Positions 36,870 to 45,463 of a stretch of 64,000 bases of DNA are shown here, one piece after another; positions within the stretch are counted from its first letter, which is position 1, and each line of letters opens with the position of its first letter. The notes beneath the pieces are model-generated. The model made no database searches. It saw only the letters and a program-made list of their open reading frames with translations, and was not told the DNA's origin. The stretch is from Giardia intestinalis (lineage: Eukaryota), in assembly GCA_000002435.2 (NCBI GenBank), contig CM018792.1. One strand, written 5' to 3'. The position numbers and the translations under genes were made by a program.

Positions 36870-39698
36870 TTAAAGGAAATCTGAATTTCTATTTAATTTC
36901 CTAAGGTCAGAGAAGGACTGACTCTTGGTTTCCCGAGAACCACCCTCTACATTTATACTCTGTTTGCCTGAGGCCTGTAGCTTCTCTATGCATTTCTGAA
37001 TATCTGCCCGCGAACCCGTAACTGACCGGGGCTTCTGGATTCTTATCTTCTCCAGCTTGACATCCGTTATAGGCTTGAACAAGCCGGTTCCATAAAAAAT
37101 ACTAACACGCTCAGAAGTACTATCATGAAGAGAGGAACGTATATCATCGTCCATCAAATCACTAATATAGCACCGTTGCAGCAAGTCTGGAGCAGATAAA
37201 ATTCTCCGTGTGACTAAGGGAGCCTGTAAGGATCTGTTTTCACAAAGGGATAGTCTACAACGTGGTGGGGACGCCTTTGCTAGAGGTGCACTCCTTATTG
37301 GAGTAGAGAAAATTGGAGATAAAGTTGTAGTGTTGATACTTATTGCACAGGCTTCGGGATCTAATGCAACTGTCAAGTGTGGGTCGGCTGCCCACGCTCC
37401 GTGGCCATCAAAGGCATCTATGGACGCTAATGAGCTAACCGTGTGGACGCTACCCTCTGTCCATGCAATTCGATCAGAGGCGCTGTCTGTGGGTCGATAT
37501 CGCATTGGGGTAGGCTTCATGTTAAAGCGCCGAGTGGCCCGGTATGGTACTCTATGGTCAGATCTGCCCGTAACCTCAACTGCCCAATCCGGTGGCTTGA
37601 GTAACTGGTCACGATCACCCAAACAAGAGCTCTGGTCGGTTATTACACAGGTGGTACTCTTATGTGTCTGCTCTGGGCATCCAGCTGATTCCTTGCCAGC
37701 AATGTGTTTTGAGGCAGTCAAGTAGCTGTCAGAAAGTGAATGATTCTTACACTCCTTATCTTTAGACATTTCCTTCTTGTAAGGTGAGGTAGCCAGATCA
37801 ACATTGGGCGCCATGCTGCTTGCTCTTGTGTCTGTGGAAACGTCAAGGTCAACGACAGGATCAATCTTGACAACAGCCCCTTTACTGCCTCCTCCAGGTC
37901 CATGCTTGTGCCTCAGAAGCTCCTTGACAGATAGAGGCGTTGGAGCAATGCACGTGGTAACAGATTCACTATCTATTACAGGAGTGGGGTTAATCTGGGG
38001 AACCGCTAGTGACGATGCATTGCAGTAGAAGGTCTGAAGTGAGGATGGGTTAGTTGCGTTGCGGTGTGATTCGGTCCTAATGCTTGCAGATGCAGTGTGG
38101 GTACCAATATTAGGGTTGGTGTGTTCTAAGAATTGAGAGTCAATACTGGCAACAGAAACGCCTTTGCTTAAGGTGCTGGAGGGCAATCTCTTGGGGGACT
38201 TTAGCTGTCCACTGCCTCTGTTACTTTCACTTTCTGGTCCTGTTGATTGGCAGAGAGAGCTGAGCTTAGACGCCCGTACACTCTTCTTTTCCTTCTTCTT
38301 TAGAAGCTGTTTGCTCTCGGACACACTGATGTTGGGAGGTACTGAATCTGTCACGGAACTTAGCTTTAATGCAGTGGAAGACTTATTTGGCTCTAATATT
38401 CCAGACTCTATGGGTTGCAATGAGGCATCAAGTGTGTGAGGAACGCGTACAAGGGTTTTAAACGCGGGTGATAGGCATATATCATCTTCTGTTGATCTGC
38501 TCTGGTCTGACGGGGTCTCTCCTCTTTGCAAAGGTGCCAGATCATCTACTTTCATAGGAGGAGACATCTCTCGATGCTCGAGTACGTGGCTTACAGATGG
38601 TGTTGTTGCTTCTGGATACTGGGAAACGAGCTCTGTAGATACGGTATTGAGCAGGAAGACATCCGGCCCCAACTCTGATACCATGTCTTCCTCTGTGTTG
38701 AAGTCAGCTGTGTTATCTATTTTCCTTTCATTACTCCCTAAATCTATAGTGCCAGGCTGGTCATTTTCTGCTTGAATAGACTCTATTACTTGCTTGAGAG
38801 TCATCGGAGACTTCTGGGGCGGTGATATATGTAACTTGGTAGGCTTCTCCTTTTCACCTTCCGGTTCCCAAAAGTGGTTCTTCTTCGTCGCCGAATGAAT
38901 AGCCATACGAGAGCGTATCGCCCGATCCATTGTAGCCCCCGGAAATGCTTGCTTGCTAAGGTGCTGAGGAGATCCAAACTGGGTGACTACTACAGGGGTG
39001 ATTGCTGTTCCTTGGAGTGATGGCAATTGAAGACTGACCTTCACAGGATGCCTTTGCGCTGCTACATGCGCTGCTGCTGCAGTTCCTGCAGCTGTATGAC
39101 TAGAAACGTGTCCGCTGCGTAAATGCTCACGAACAATCTCGGATTGAGGGATCTGGTAATCTCCAGGAGAGGTCTGCAGACCCGGATGTGAGGTGCCTGC
39201 CGGAGTAATACGAATTGATGCTGGAACTCGTTGTGAGAGAGCATTCCCATGTGACCGTGACACTGTTTGCGGAAGTAAGCGAGTTGCGTCGATAGTGTTA
39301 ACAGTCTTGGTGGTATTCCCTCGCATGATACCCTGTCGGTCTAATGAACGTGCTGCGGCATATGAGTTGGTAGTGTGTTCACCTGATTCTAAAACCGACA
39401 GGGTGGTGATGTAAGAGCTGCTGTCTCCTTTGGTAGAATCAAATGTACTTGAAAGTGGATTGATAAGTGATACTCCGTGCTTAGAGCGAAAATGAGGCGC
39501 ACTTCCGTACGCCTTCGTGTATCCCTGTGTAGTTCCAGATGCATACGGCGTTTTCACTGCACTCACAGGGCCTGCCTTCTTCCCTTGCATCTCAGCAATG
39601 GACAGAAGTAAGTGTGATTCCCCGGACGCAGATCTCCCAGGGTCCTGGTTGGTTGACGCAACTATAGCGTCATCCAGAGCAGCAAACCTGAATGGCAT
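36870..39698 (-). CDS. Hypothetical Ser/Thr/Pro-rich protein (~942 aa)
   Basis: The track ORF starts at a TTG at 39738-39740. The first ATG is at 39696-39698 (MPFRFAALDD…). Composition is low-complexity and S-rich. An AGTAAAT signal for the upstream gene lies directly after the neighbouring stop at 39753. Confidence 0.5.
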   Translation of the reverse strand: MPFRFAALDDAIVASTNQDPGRSASGESHLLLSIAEMQGKKAGPVSAVKTPYASGTTQGYTKAYGSAPHFRSKHGVSLINPLSSTFDSTKGDSSSYITTLSVLESGEHTTNSYAAARSLDRQGIMRGNTTKTVNTIDATRLLPQTVSRSHGNALSQRVPASIRITPAGTSHPGLQTSPGDYQIPQSEIVREHLRSGHVSSHTAAGTAAAAHVAAQRHPVKVSLQLPSLQGTAITPVVVTQFGSPQHLSKQAFPGATMDRAIRSRMAIHSATKKNHFWEPEGEKEKPTKLHISPPQKSPMTLKQVIESIQAENDQPGTIDLGSNERKIDNTADFNTEEDMVSELGPDVFLLNTVSTELVSQYPEATTPSVSHVLEHREMSPPMKVDDLAPLQRGETPSDQSRSTEDDICLSPAFKTLVRVPHTLDASLQPIESGILEPNKSSTALKLSSVTDSVPPNISVSESKQLLKKKEKKSVRASKLSSLCQSTGPESESNRGSGQLKSPKRLPSSTLSKGVSVASIDSQFLEHTNPNIGTHTASASIRTESHRNATNPSSLQTFYCNASSLAVPQINPTPVIDSESVTTCIAPTPLSVKELLRHKHGPGGGSKGAVVKIDPVVDLDVSTDTRASSMAPNVDLATSPYKKEMSKDKECKNHSLSDSYLTASKHIAGKESAGCPEQTHKSTTCVITDQSSCLGDRDQLLKPPDWAVEVTGRSDHRVPYRATRRFNMKPTPMRYRPTDSASDRIAWTEGSVHTVSSLASIDAFDGHGAWAADPHLTVALDPEACAISINTTTLSPIFSTPIRSAPLAKASPPRCRLSLCENRSLQAPLVTRRILSAPDLLQRCYISDLMDDDIRSSLHDSTSERVSIFYGTGLFKPITDVKLEKIRIQKPRSVTGSRADIQKCIEKLQASGKQSINVEGGSRETKSQSFSDLRKLNRNSDFL

Positions 39699-39752
39699 TA
39701 CTCTAAACGAGCTGCCGCGAAAATCCGGTGCTTTTTTCAAGCGATGATTTAC

Positions 39753-41393
39753 TCATTTCAGGTCAGCGAAAAACGCCTGCCGCCTAGCTTTCACCTTGTT
39801 ACGGTCAAACGTATTGTTCTGTATTGTTGTTTTCAGCGAGGGCTCGGGAGCTGAAGCCTTAACCTTGTTAAAGAATTGCGCCATCTCGCTGTCTGTTGTG
39901 GACGATTCATCCTTTGGAAGTTCATCATCTCTTAGGGGTGCCTCTAGCACACCCTTTAACGGTATTGGGCCACCGTCTGAAGAATCCGAGCAATCTGGGT
40001 TTTGGGGAATTCCATCTCGTATTGGTGTAGTGGAATCATTGCGATCATCGGAGGTGTCTGTAGACGGAGCTCGGACGTACTTGTGACGAGATTCCTCGTC
40101 GAGAAGATCTATCTCTTCCGAATCTGAGCATTGCTCATCCTCACTAATTGGACCCGGGTCTTCTTGCTTCTCAACCAAATCGTACACCCACTTGGCATCC
40201 ATCATGTAGAAAACATCACTGAAGTGCTCTGCAATAGTCAGCAGGCTCTTATCTTCCGATAGCTCCATAACAGATACTGCTCCTTTGAACTCGCTACAAA
40301 ATACCCCATAGTGTATGGGTGGGTACAAACCAACAAGATGCACCACCCCGTCACTAGCCCCCAACAAGTAGTAGTTCCGGTACAACCGTATGACACTCTC
40401 TATGCTCTCCGATGTCGTCCTCAACTTATTCACTGGGAGACCGATGTCTAGCACCGAGAACAACAGGACACTGCCTTCAGATGTACCGCAATAGATATAG
40501 CGCTCGTTTGGGTCCATTATCATGCATGTCAAGCTAAATTCCTCGGGGGATGAGTTGTCCTTCAACCGAAAGACGGGATACTGCTGCTTTCTGCTCATTT
40601 TTCGAACCAATGATGAACGGTCATTGTGATCACCGTTCAGGATGTCGATGTCCTGACTAGGGTCTTGGTCTGCACCTCTTTTAGACTTGCTATTGTTCTT
40701 ACCCTTCCCGATCTCATAACAGTACAGCGTGCCGTCAGCTGACGACGCATATAGCTTGGACTGAAACTCTGACCATGCAAAGCCAGTAATGTAGTCCCCC
40801 GCGTCGCCCAACGACTGTAGTATCTTCAGGTCGGAGTAGTTGTTGCACACATTAATAATATGCACATAGCCCTCATCATCGCCGGCAGCGAGGTACAGAT
40901 GCTCCAGATAGACGAAGACCTCGAGGCAGGAGATGGGATGCTTACAAAGCCTCTTCTTCATTAGAATAACCTCAAAGGTGCATGCGGAAATGGGATCATC
41001 GCGTCCTCTGAAATCGGTTGCAGTGGTAGCAGTGGCAACAAGCTTCTCTGCACACTCTTCTATGTCGCTGGTCCCTACTATTTGAGTGATACTGATGCCT
41101 CCTCCGCTGTCAGTGGAGATCAGCGTCACATCATCCAGCCATTTCAGAGCCCGTATGGCGTCATTATTAGCCTTACAGGATAAGAGAAGCTGTGTTCCTG
41201 GAAAGTACTTGTTATAGTAGTCAAATTCATCTTCGTCGAACGAAATGCTCGACGAAATCTCCTCACCTGGGACGATCTGCCGTATGAAAATACTTCCAAA
41301 CGCTGTTCCGTAGGCAAAGATCTGAGAATTAGAGGAGTAGACCATGGCGGTTATGGTTCCCTCTACCTGTTGTGCCAATAGTTTCTCAGCCAT
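39753..41393 (-). CDS. WD40/beta-propeller-like protein (546 aa)
   Basis: True ATG at 41391-41393. It contains repeated motifs of the form hydrophobic-x-S/G-D-G-x-h-x-h, such as LLGASDGVVHLVGL, YASSADGTLYCYEI and LAAGDDEGYVHIINV, separated by about 40-60 aa. The C-terminus is acidic. Confidence 0.45.
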   Translation of the reverse strand: MAEKLLAQQVEGTITAMVYSSNSQIFAYGTAFGSIFIRQIVPGEEISSSISFDEDEFDYYNKYFPGTQLLLSCKANNDAIRALKWLDDVTLISTDSGGGISITQIVGTSDIEECAEKLVATATTATDFRGRDDPISACTFEVILMKKRLCKHPISCLEVFVYLEHLYLAAGDDEGYVHIINVCNNYSDLKILQSLGDAGDYITGFAWSEFQSKLYASSADGTLYCYEIGKGKNNSKSKRGADQDPSQDIDILNGDHNDRSSLVRKMSRKQQYPVFRLKDNSSPEEFSLTCMIMDPNERYIYCGTSEGSVLLFSVLDIGLPVNKLRTTSESIESVIRLYRNYYLLGASDGVVHLVGLYPPIHYGVFCSEFKGAVSVMELSEDKSLLTIAEHFSDVFYMMDAKWVYDLVEKQEDPGPISEDEQCSDSEEIDLLDEESRHKYVRAPSTDTSDDRNDSTTPIRDGIPQNPDCSDSSDGGPIPLKGVLEAPLRDDELPKDESSTTDSEMAQFFNKVKASAPEPSLKTTIQNNTFDRNKVKARRQAFFADLK

Positions 41394-41653
41394 GTCAGGC
41401 TACTTATGTGTTATGCGGTGTTGTGCGTGATTAACAACAGTAAGCAATTGGAAATTAAAATTGAATTTAGCATTACATTGCATTTTGCAATAAAATTAGA
41501 AATCGAAGGCCGCTCAACCGTCGAGAACGATAAGGAGCACGCCGGTGAAGCCAGTACTTTCGCCAAAAACTCGACGGGAGAAGTAATGTGTTTATTTTTG
41601 TCAGACTATTTTTTGATAGCACAATCAGTGGCTAAGTAGTCACAGGAAAAAAA

Positions 41654-42601
41654 ATGCCAAAGATTAATGAACTCGAGTGGAACACCGCCCTAGCATTCGC
41701 CAACGTTGACGTAGACCAAGTTGCAAAGGCCGATGCCAACAACATCTTTAAGCTCACTCAGGAGATTGAGGCACTCGTCAAAGAGGACAACGCGAGCTTG
41801 GCCAAATTCAAGATCAAGGAGGTTGGGAACCTGAAGGACCGCACGGCCGTCCTAAATATGGTGAAGATGTATCTCTCTACAGTCAAGCAGGGGCTTTCGT
41901 CCATCAAAAAGTTCACCGAGAAGGAGCTTAACGAGCAGCTCATCGTCGCCATGCAGTCAATCATCCTTGCGTCCAGATCTCTTCCTTGCGAGAAGCTTCA
42001 CCCAGTAGTCAAGCTGTTCGGGTCCATCTATGGCAAAAAGTTCATTGACCAGGCCCTCAGACTACCCTCGTCCGATCAGGCTGGCGGAAAGGATGCAAAC
42101 CCCAAAGATCCTCTAACAAAGGCTGATGACCAGCTCCGGTTCCTTCTCTTCCAGAACGAGCTGACGTCGGAGAGGGTCGATTTGGAGTACAACAAGATAC
42201 GGATGCGTGTTATGAAAATCCCGCGACAGCAGGTGCCTGCTCCCGTCCCAGTGGCCTCCGGACCATCCGGGGCAGGGCCTATCGATTCTCTGATGCCCAG
42301 CAGCGGCGGCGGCGATGCCTTCAATGGCAATGGTGGCGATGCCGGCAATATGGATTCTGACGGAGGTATGCCATCCCTTCTCCCCATCCCTGTATCCAAT
42401 GACGACTACAATGAAACGTGTTTCCCTCCTGTTAATAATAACGTGGACGATCCGTTTCCCACAAGGGATATCTGTCAGATAGACAACAAATCAGATGCAT
42501 TCAGTGCTGGGCCTGCTAACCCAGACCCCTCTCCAGATGACAAGCCCCTAACAATGGACTCCTCCATCCAGGACATGCTCAGAAAGCTGAACAACTACTG
42601 A
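41654..42601 (+). CDS. Hypothetical protein, possibly IST1-like (ESCRT-III-related), 315 aa
   Basis: True ATG at 41654. The block LIVAMQSIILASRSLP.CEKLHPVVKLFGSIYGKKFIDQA resembles the IST1 core ESVSTLIWAAPRLQSEVAELKIVADQLCAKYSKEYGK. The tail is Pro/Gly-rich, with a C-terminal DSSIQDMLRKLNNY. This is a weak call. Confidence 0.25.
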   Translation: MPKINELEWNTALAFANVDVDQVAKADANNIFKLTQEIEALVKEDNASLAKFKIKEVGNLKDRTAVLNMVKMYLSTVKQGLSSIKKFTEKELNEQLIVAMQSIILASRSLPCEKLHPVVKLFGSIYGKKFIDQALRLPSSDQAGGKDANPKDPLTKADDQLRFLLFQNELTSERVDLEYNKIRMRVMKIPRQQVPAPVPVASGPSGAGPIDSLMPSSGGGDAFNGNGGDAGNMDSDGGMPSLLPIPVSNDDYNETCFPPVNNNVDDPFPTRDICQIDNKSDAFSAGPANPDPSPDDKPLTMDSSIQDMLRKLNNY

Positions 42602-42643
42602 TCTCTTCGTTTTATTAGGTAAATTGATTGATTTTTTTGGCCC

Positions 42644-42763
42644 AAAATTCAAAAATTCAAAAATTTGGAAATTCAAAAATTCAAAAATTCAAAAATTTGG
42701 AAATTCAAAAATTTGGAAATTTGGAAATTTGGAAATTCAAAAATTTGGAAATTTGGAAATTTG
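42644..42763. repeat. Degenerate tandem repeat of fifteen 8-bp units (AAAAATTC / AAATTTGG) ending 24 bp upstream of the CDC48 ATG
   Basis: The sequence is aaaattc aaaaattc aaaaatttgg aaattc aaaaattc aaaaattc aaaaatttgg aaattc aaaaatttgg aaatttgg aaatttgg aaattc aaaaatttgg aaatttgg aaatttgag. It is pure A/T tracts punctuated by C or GG. Confidence 0.85.
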
Positions 42764-42786
42764 AGCCAGATAAAAAAACAAGCCTC

Positions 42787-45399
42787 ATGGACAACAAGAG
42801 CATCTGCTCCAAGTTCAACAACAGGTTCATAGTGAACGACAATCCGGGAGGCGATGATTCACAGATAATTTTGAGCTCGGAGAAGGTCAACGTTTTGGAC
42901 CTCTTCCAGGGAGACTACGTGCGGCTTAAGGGGCGCTTTGGGAAAACCACCCACGCTATGGTCCAGTCGAGGGAGGATGTTGACAAGATAGTGGTTCTGA
43001 TGAACAAAACCATGCGTGCCAATCTGGGGGTCAATCTCGGCGATATCGTCATCCTGTACCCTGCCCAAAACCTTCCTTATCACAAGCGCATCAAGGTGAT
43101 ACCCTTCGAGCAGGATCTCGAGGGGCTCAATATTGCAGGATATACTGTGAAGCAGGGCGAGGACGGCAAGCCTGCCCCGGCGCCCTTCCCCGGTCCCACG
43201 TACGACCTGTTTGACATTTGCATTGCGCCATACTTCAAGGACAAGTGCCGCCCCGTTACTGAGGGTAATACGTTTAAAGTCATGACGACTAGCTTGCCCG
43301 TAAACCGCGAGATAGAGTTTAAGGTGGTTCTTACAGACCCCTCTCCAGCGTGCATCGTCATGGATGGGGGCGAGATCTTCTATGAGGGCGAGCCCATAGA
43401 TAGAGATGAGCACGAGCGCGAGAATACAAAGGTAGGCTACTCAGACCTTGGAGGCCTCGGGAAGGAGCTGGGAATGATCAGGGAACAAATTGAGCTTCCT
43501 CTACGCCACCCAGAGCTCTTCAAGTACCTCGGTGTCAAGCCTCCTCGGGGAATTCTTCTCACGGGTCCCCCAGGCTGCGGTAAGACCACTATCGGAAAGG
43601 CCATCGCAAACGAGGCTGGGGCGTACTTCTTTTTACTAAACGGTGCTGAGATCATGTCATCCATGGCTGGCGAGTCCGAGAAGAACCTGCGCAAGGCGTT
43701 CGACATTTGCGAGCAGGAAGCCGAGAAGTCTGCAAAGGAAAATGATGGTGTGGGGTGCGCTATTCTGTTCATTGACGAAATTGACTGTATTGCCGGAAAC
43801 CGTGCCGAGAGCAAGGGCGAGGTTGAGAAGCGTGTCGTTTCCCAGTTGTTGACCCTCATGGATGGGATCAAGCCCCGCTCCAACGTCATCGTCCTCGCTG
43901 CCACGAACAGACCTAATGTCATTGACCCCGCTCTGCGCAGGTTTGGAAGGTTTGACAGAGAGATACAGATAAATGTTCCCGACGAGAACGGGCGTCTGGA
44001 GATCCTCTCCATCCACACCCGCAAGCTAAAGCTCCATCCGGACGGCGTGGATATTGTCCGCATTGCGAATGAGACAAACGGGTACGTCGGTGCTGACTTG
44101 GCCCAGATATGCACGGAAGCTGCGATGATGTGCGTCCGTGAATCTATGGAGATGGTGCTAGATATGGAGAGTGAGGAGAAGCTGACCGATGAGCAGCTCA
44201 ATAAGATCTTCATCACTGATAGCCACTTTACGGCTGCAATTTCGAAGGTCACACCGAGTACGCTTCGCGAGACCGTTATTGAGATGCCCACAGTCACCTG
44301 GGATGACATTGGCGGTCTTGAGCACACAAAGAGAGAGCTCATCGAGCTTATTCAATATCCCATCCGCTATAAGGAGAAGTATCAACAGATGGGCATCGAG
44401 CCTTCCCGTGGTGCTCTTCTGTGGGGTCCTCCTGGTACAGGAAAGTCCCTTCTTGCAAAAGCAATTGCCAATGAGTGTGGCTGCAATTATATAAGCATTA
44501 AGGGTCCGGAGCTCTTGTCGAAGTGGGTCGGCGAGTCAGAGCAGAACATTAGGAATATCTTCGACAAGGCCAGGCAGGCTGCCCCGTGCGTCCTCTTCTT
44601 CGATGAGATTGAGTCCATTACCCAACATCGTGGAACGTCTGCTAGCGGAGGCGGAGAGGTCACTGATCGGATGCTCAACCAAATCCTCACGGAGCTCGAC
44701 GGTGTTGGTGTGCGTAAGGACGTCTTTATAATCGGAGCCACAAATAGGCCAGATACGATTGACTCCGCTCTTATGCGTCCCGGCCGTCTTGACACGCTTA
44801 TCTACATCCCGCTACCAGATTATCCGTCGAGAGTTGCCGTCCTCAAGGCACACCTCCGAAAGTCAAAGGTTAACGAAAAGGAGGTTTCTCTTGAGCAGAT
44901 AGCGCAGGTCACGGACGGATACTCCGGTGCAGATCTGGCAGAGATATGCAGCCGCGCCTGCAAGTATTCCATCCGTGAGAATGTCGAGGGCTTTTCAAGG
45001 GCCATGTCGGCCTTTGAATCTATGAAGAAGTCGTGGCTCGATAGCCACGGCGGCGTTCTGACACCGGAAAAGGAGAAGGAGTTTGCTGAGCACGAAGAGA
45101 AGATCTCTGAGCGCTTCTCTGACACGAGCATTTCTGGACGCCACTTCGAACAAGCGATCAGAGAGAGCAGGAAGAGCATCTCTGAGGAGGAGATGAGACG
45201 CTTCGAGGTCTTTAAGCAGAGCTACAGTGGGGGAATTGGCGACGGCCTCGGGTCGATGGGCAACGCAGGCCGCAGAAACGCAAACCCCGCCATCGCGAAC
45301 TTCTCGTTCAAGGTAGATGGTCAGACAGGAGCTCGCCAACAACCCCAGGGCGCTGTCCGATCAAAGGCTGGGGCAGGAAACGAGGCAGATATGTTTTAA
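42787..45399 (+). CDS. CDC48: CDC48/p97/VCP-type AAA+ ATPase (two AAA domains)
   Basis: The track ORF starts at a TTG at 42628 and reads through the A/T repeat. The real start is the ATG at 42787 (MDNKSICSKFNNRFIVNDNPGG…). This aligns with the p97 N-domain (…LFQGDYVRLKGRFGKTTHAMV ~ [21 protein letters not shown]). D1 has Walker A GPPGCGKT and Walker B ILFIDEID. D2 has GPPGTGKS and VLFFDEIES. The segment IPLPDYPSRVAVLKAHLRKS corresponds to [20 protein letters not shown]. An AGTAAAT signal lies at 45412-45418. Confidence 0.95.
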   Translation: MDNKSICSKFNNRFIVNDNPGGDDSQIILSSEKVNVLDLFQGDYVRLKGRFGKTTHAMVQSREDVDKIVVLMNKTMRANLGVNLGDIVILYPAQNLPYHKRIKVIPFEQDLEGLNIAGYTVKQGEDGKPAPAPFPGPTYDLFDICIAPYFKDKCRPVTEGNTFKVMTTSLPVNREIEFKVVLTDPSPACIVMDGGEIFYEGEPIDRDEHERENTKVGYSDLGGLGKELGMIREQIELPLRHPELFKYLGVKPPRGILLTGPPGCGKTTIGKAIANEAGAYFFLLNGAEIMSSMAGESEKNLRKAFDICEQEAEKSAKENDGVGCAILFIDEIDCIAGNRAESKGEVEKRVVSQLLTLMDGIKPRSNVIVLAATNRPNVIDPALRRFGRFDREIQINVPDENGRLEILSIHTRKLKLHPDGVDIVRIANETNGYVGADLAQICTEAAMMCVRESMEMVLDMESEEKLTDEQLNKIFITDSHFTAAISKVTPSTLRETVIEMPTVTWDDIGGLEHTKRELIELIQYPIRYKEKYQQMGIEPSRGALLWGPPGTGKSLLAKAIANECGCNYISIKGPELLSKWVGESEQNIRNIFDKARQAAPCVLFFDEIESITQHRGTSASGGGEVTDRMLNQILTELDGVGVRKDVFIIGATNRPDTIDSALMRPGRLDTLIYIPLPDYPSRVAVLKAHLRKSKVNEKEVSLEQIAQVTDGYSGADLAEICSRACKYSIRENVEGFSRAMSAFESMKKSWLDSHGGVLTPEKEKEFAEHEEKISERFSDTSISGRHFEQAIRESRKSISEEEMRRFEVFKQSYSGGIGDGLGSMGNAGRRNANPAIANFSFKVDGQTGARQQPQGAVRSKAGAGNEADMF

Positions 45400-45411
45400 A
45401 GACGTATCCAA

Positions 45412-45418
45412 GGCCAGT
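45412..45418 (+). terminator. Putative polyadenylation signal AGTAAAT after the CDC48 stop
   Basis: It lies 13 nt after the TAA stop at 45397-45399. Confidence 0.4.
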
Positions 45419-45463
45419 AAATAGGTGTTGGTTTTCTACAGGCCTGCAACGGCAACCAAAAAT

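Noticed and set aside
41406-41639. 77-aa ORF in the divergent WD40/IST1-like intergenic region
   Set aside because: It lies within a 260-bp AT-rich bidirectional promoter region and is short with no motifs. It is most likely spurious.
42628-42786. N-terminal 53 aa of the track's CDC48 ORF (MIFLAQNSKIQKFGNSKIQKF…)
   Set aside because: The ORF starts at a TTG and merely translates the 8-bp A/T microsatellite. Homology to p97/VCP begins at the ATG at 42787.
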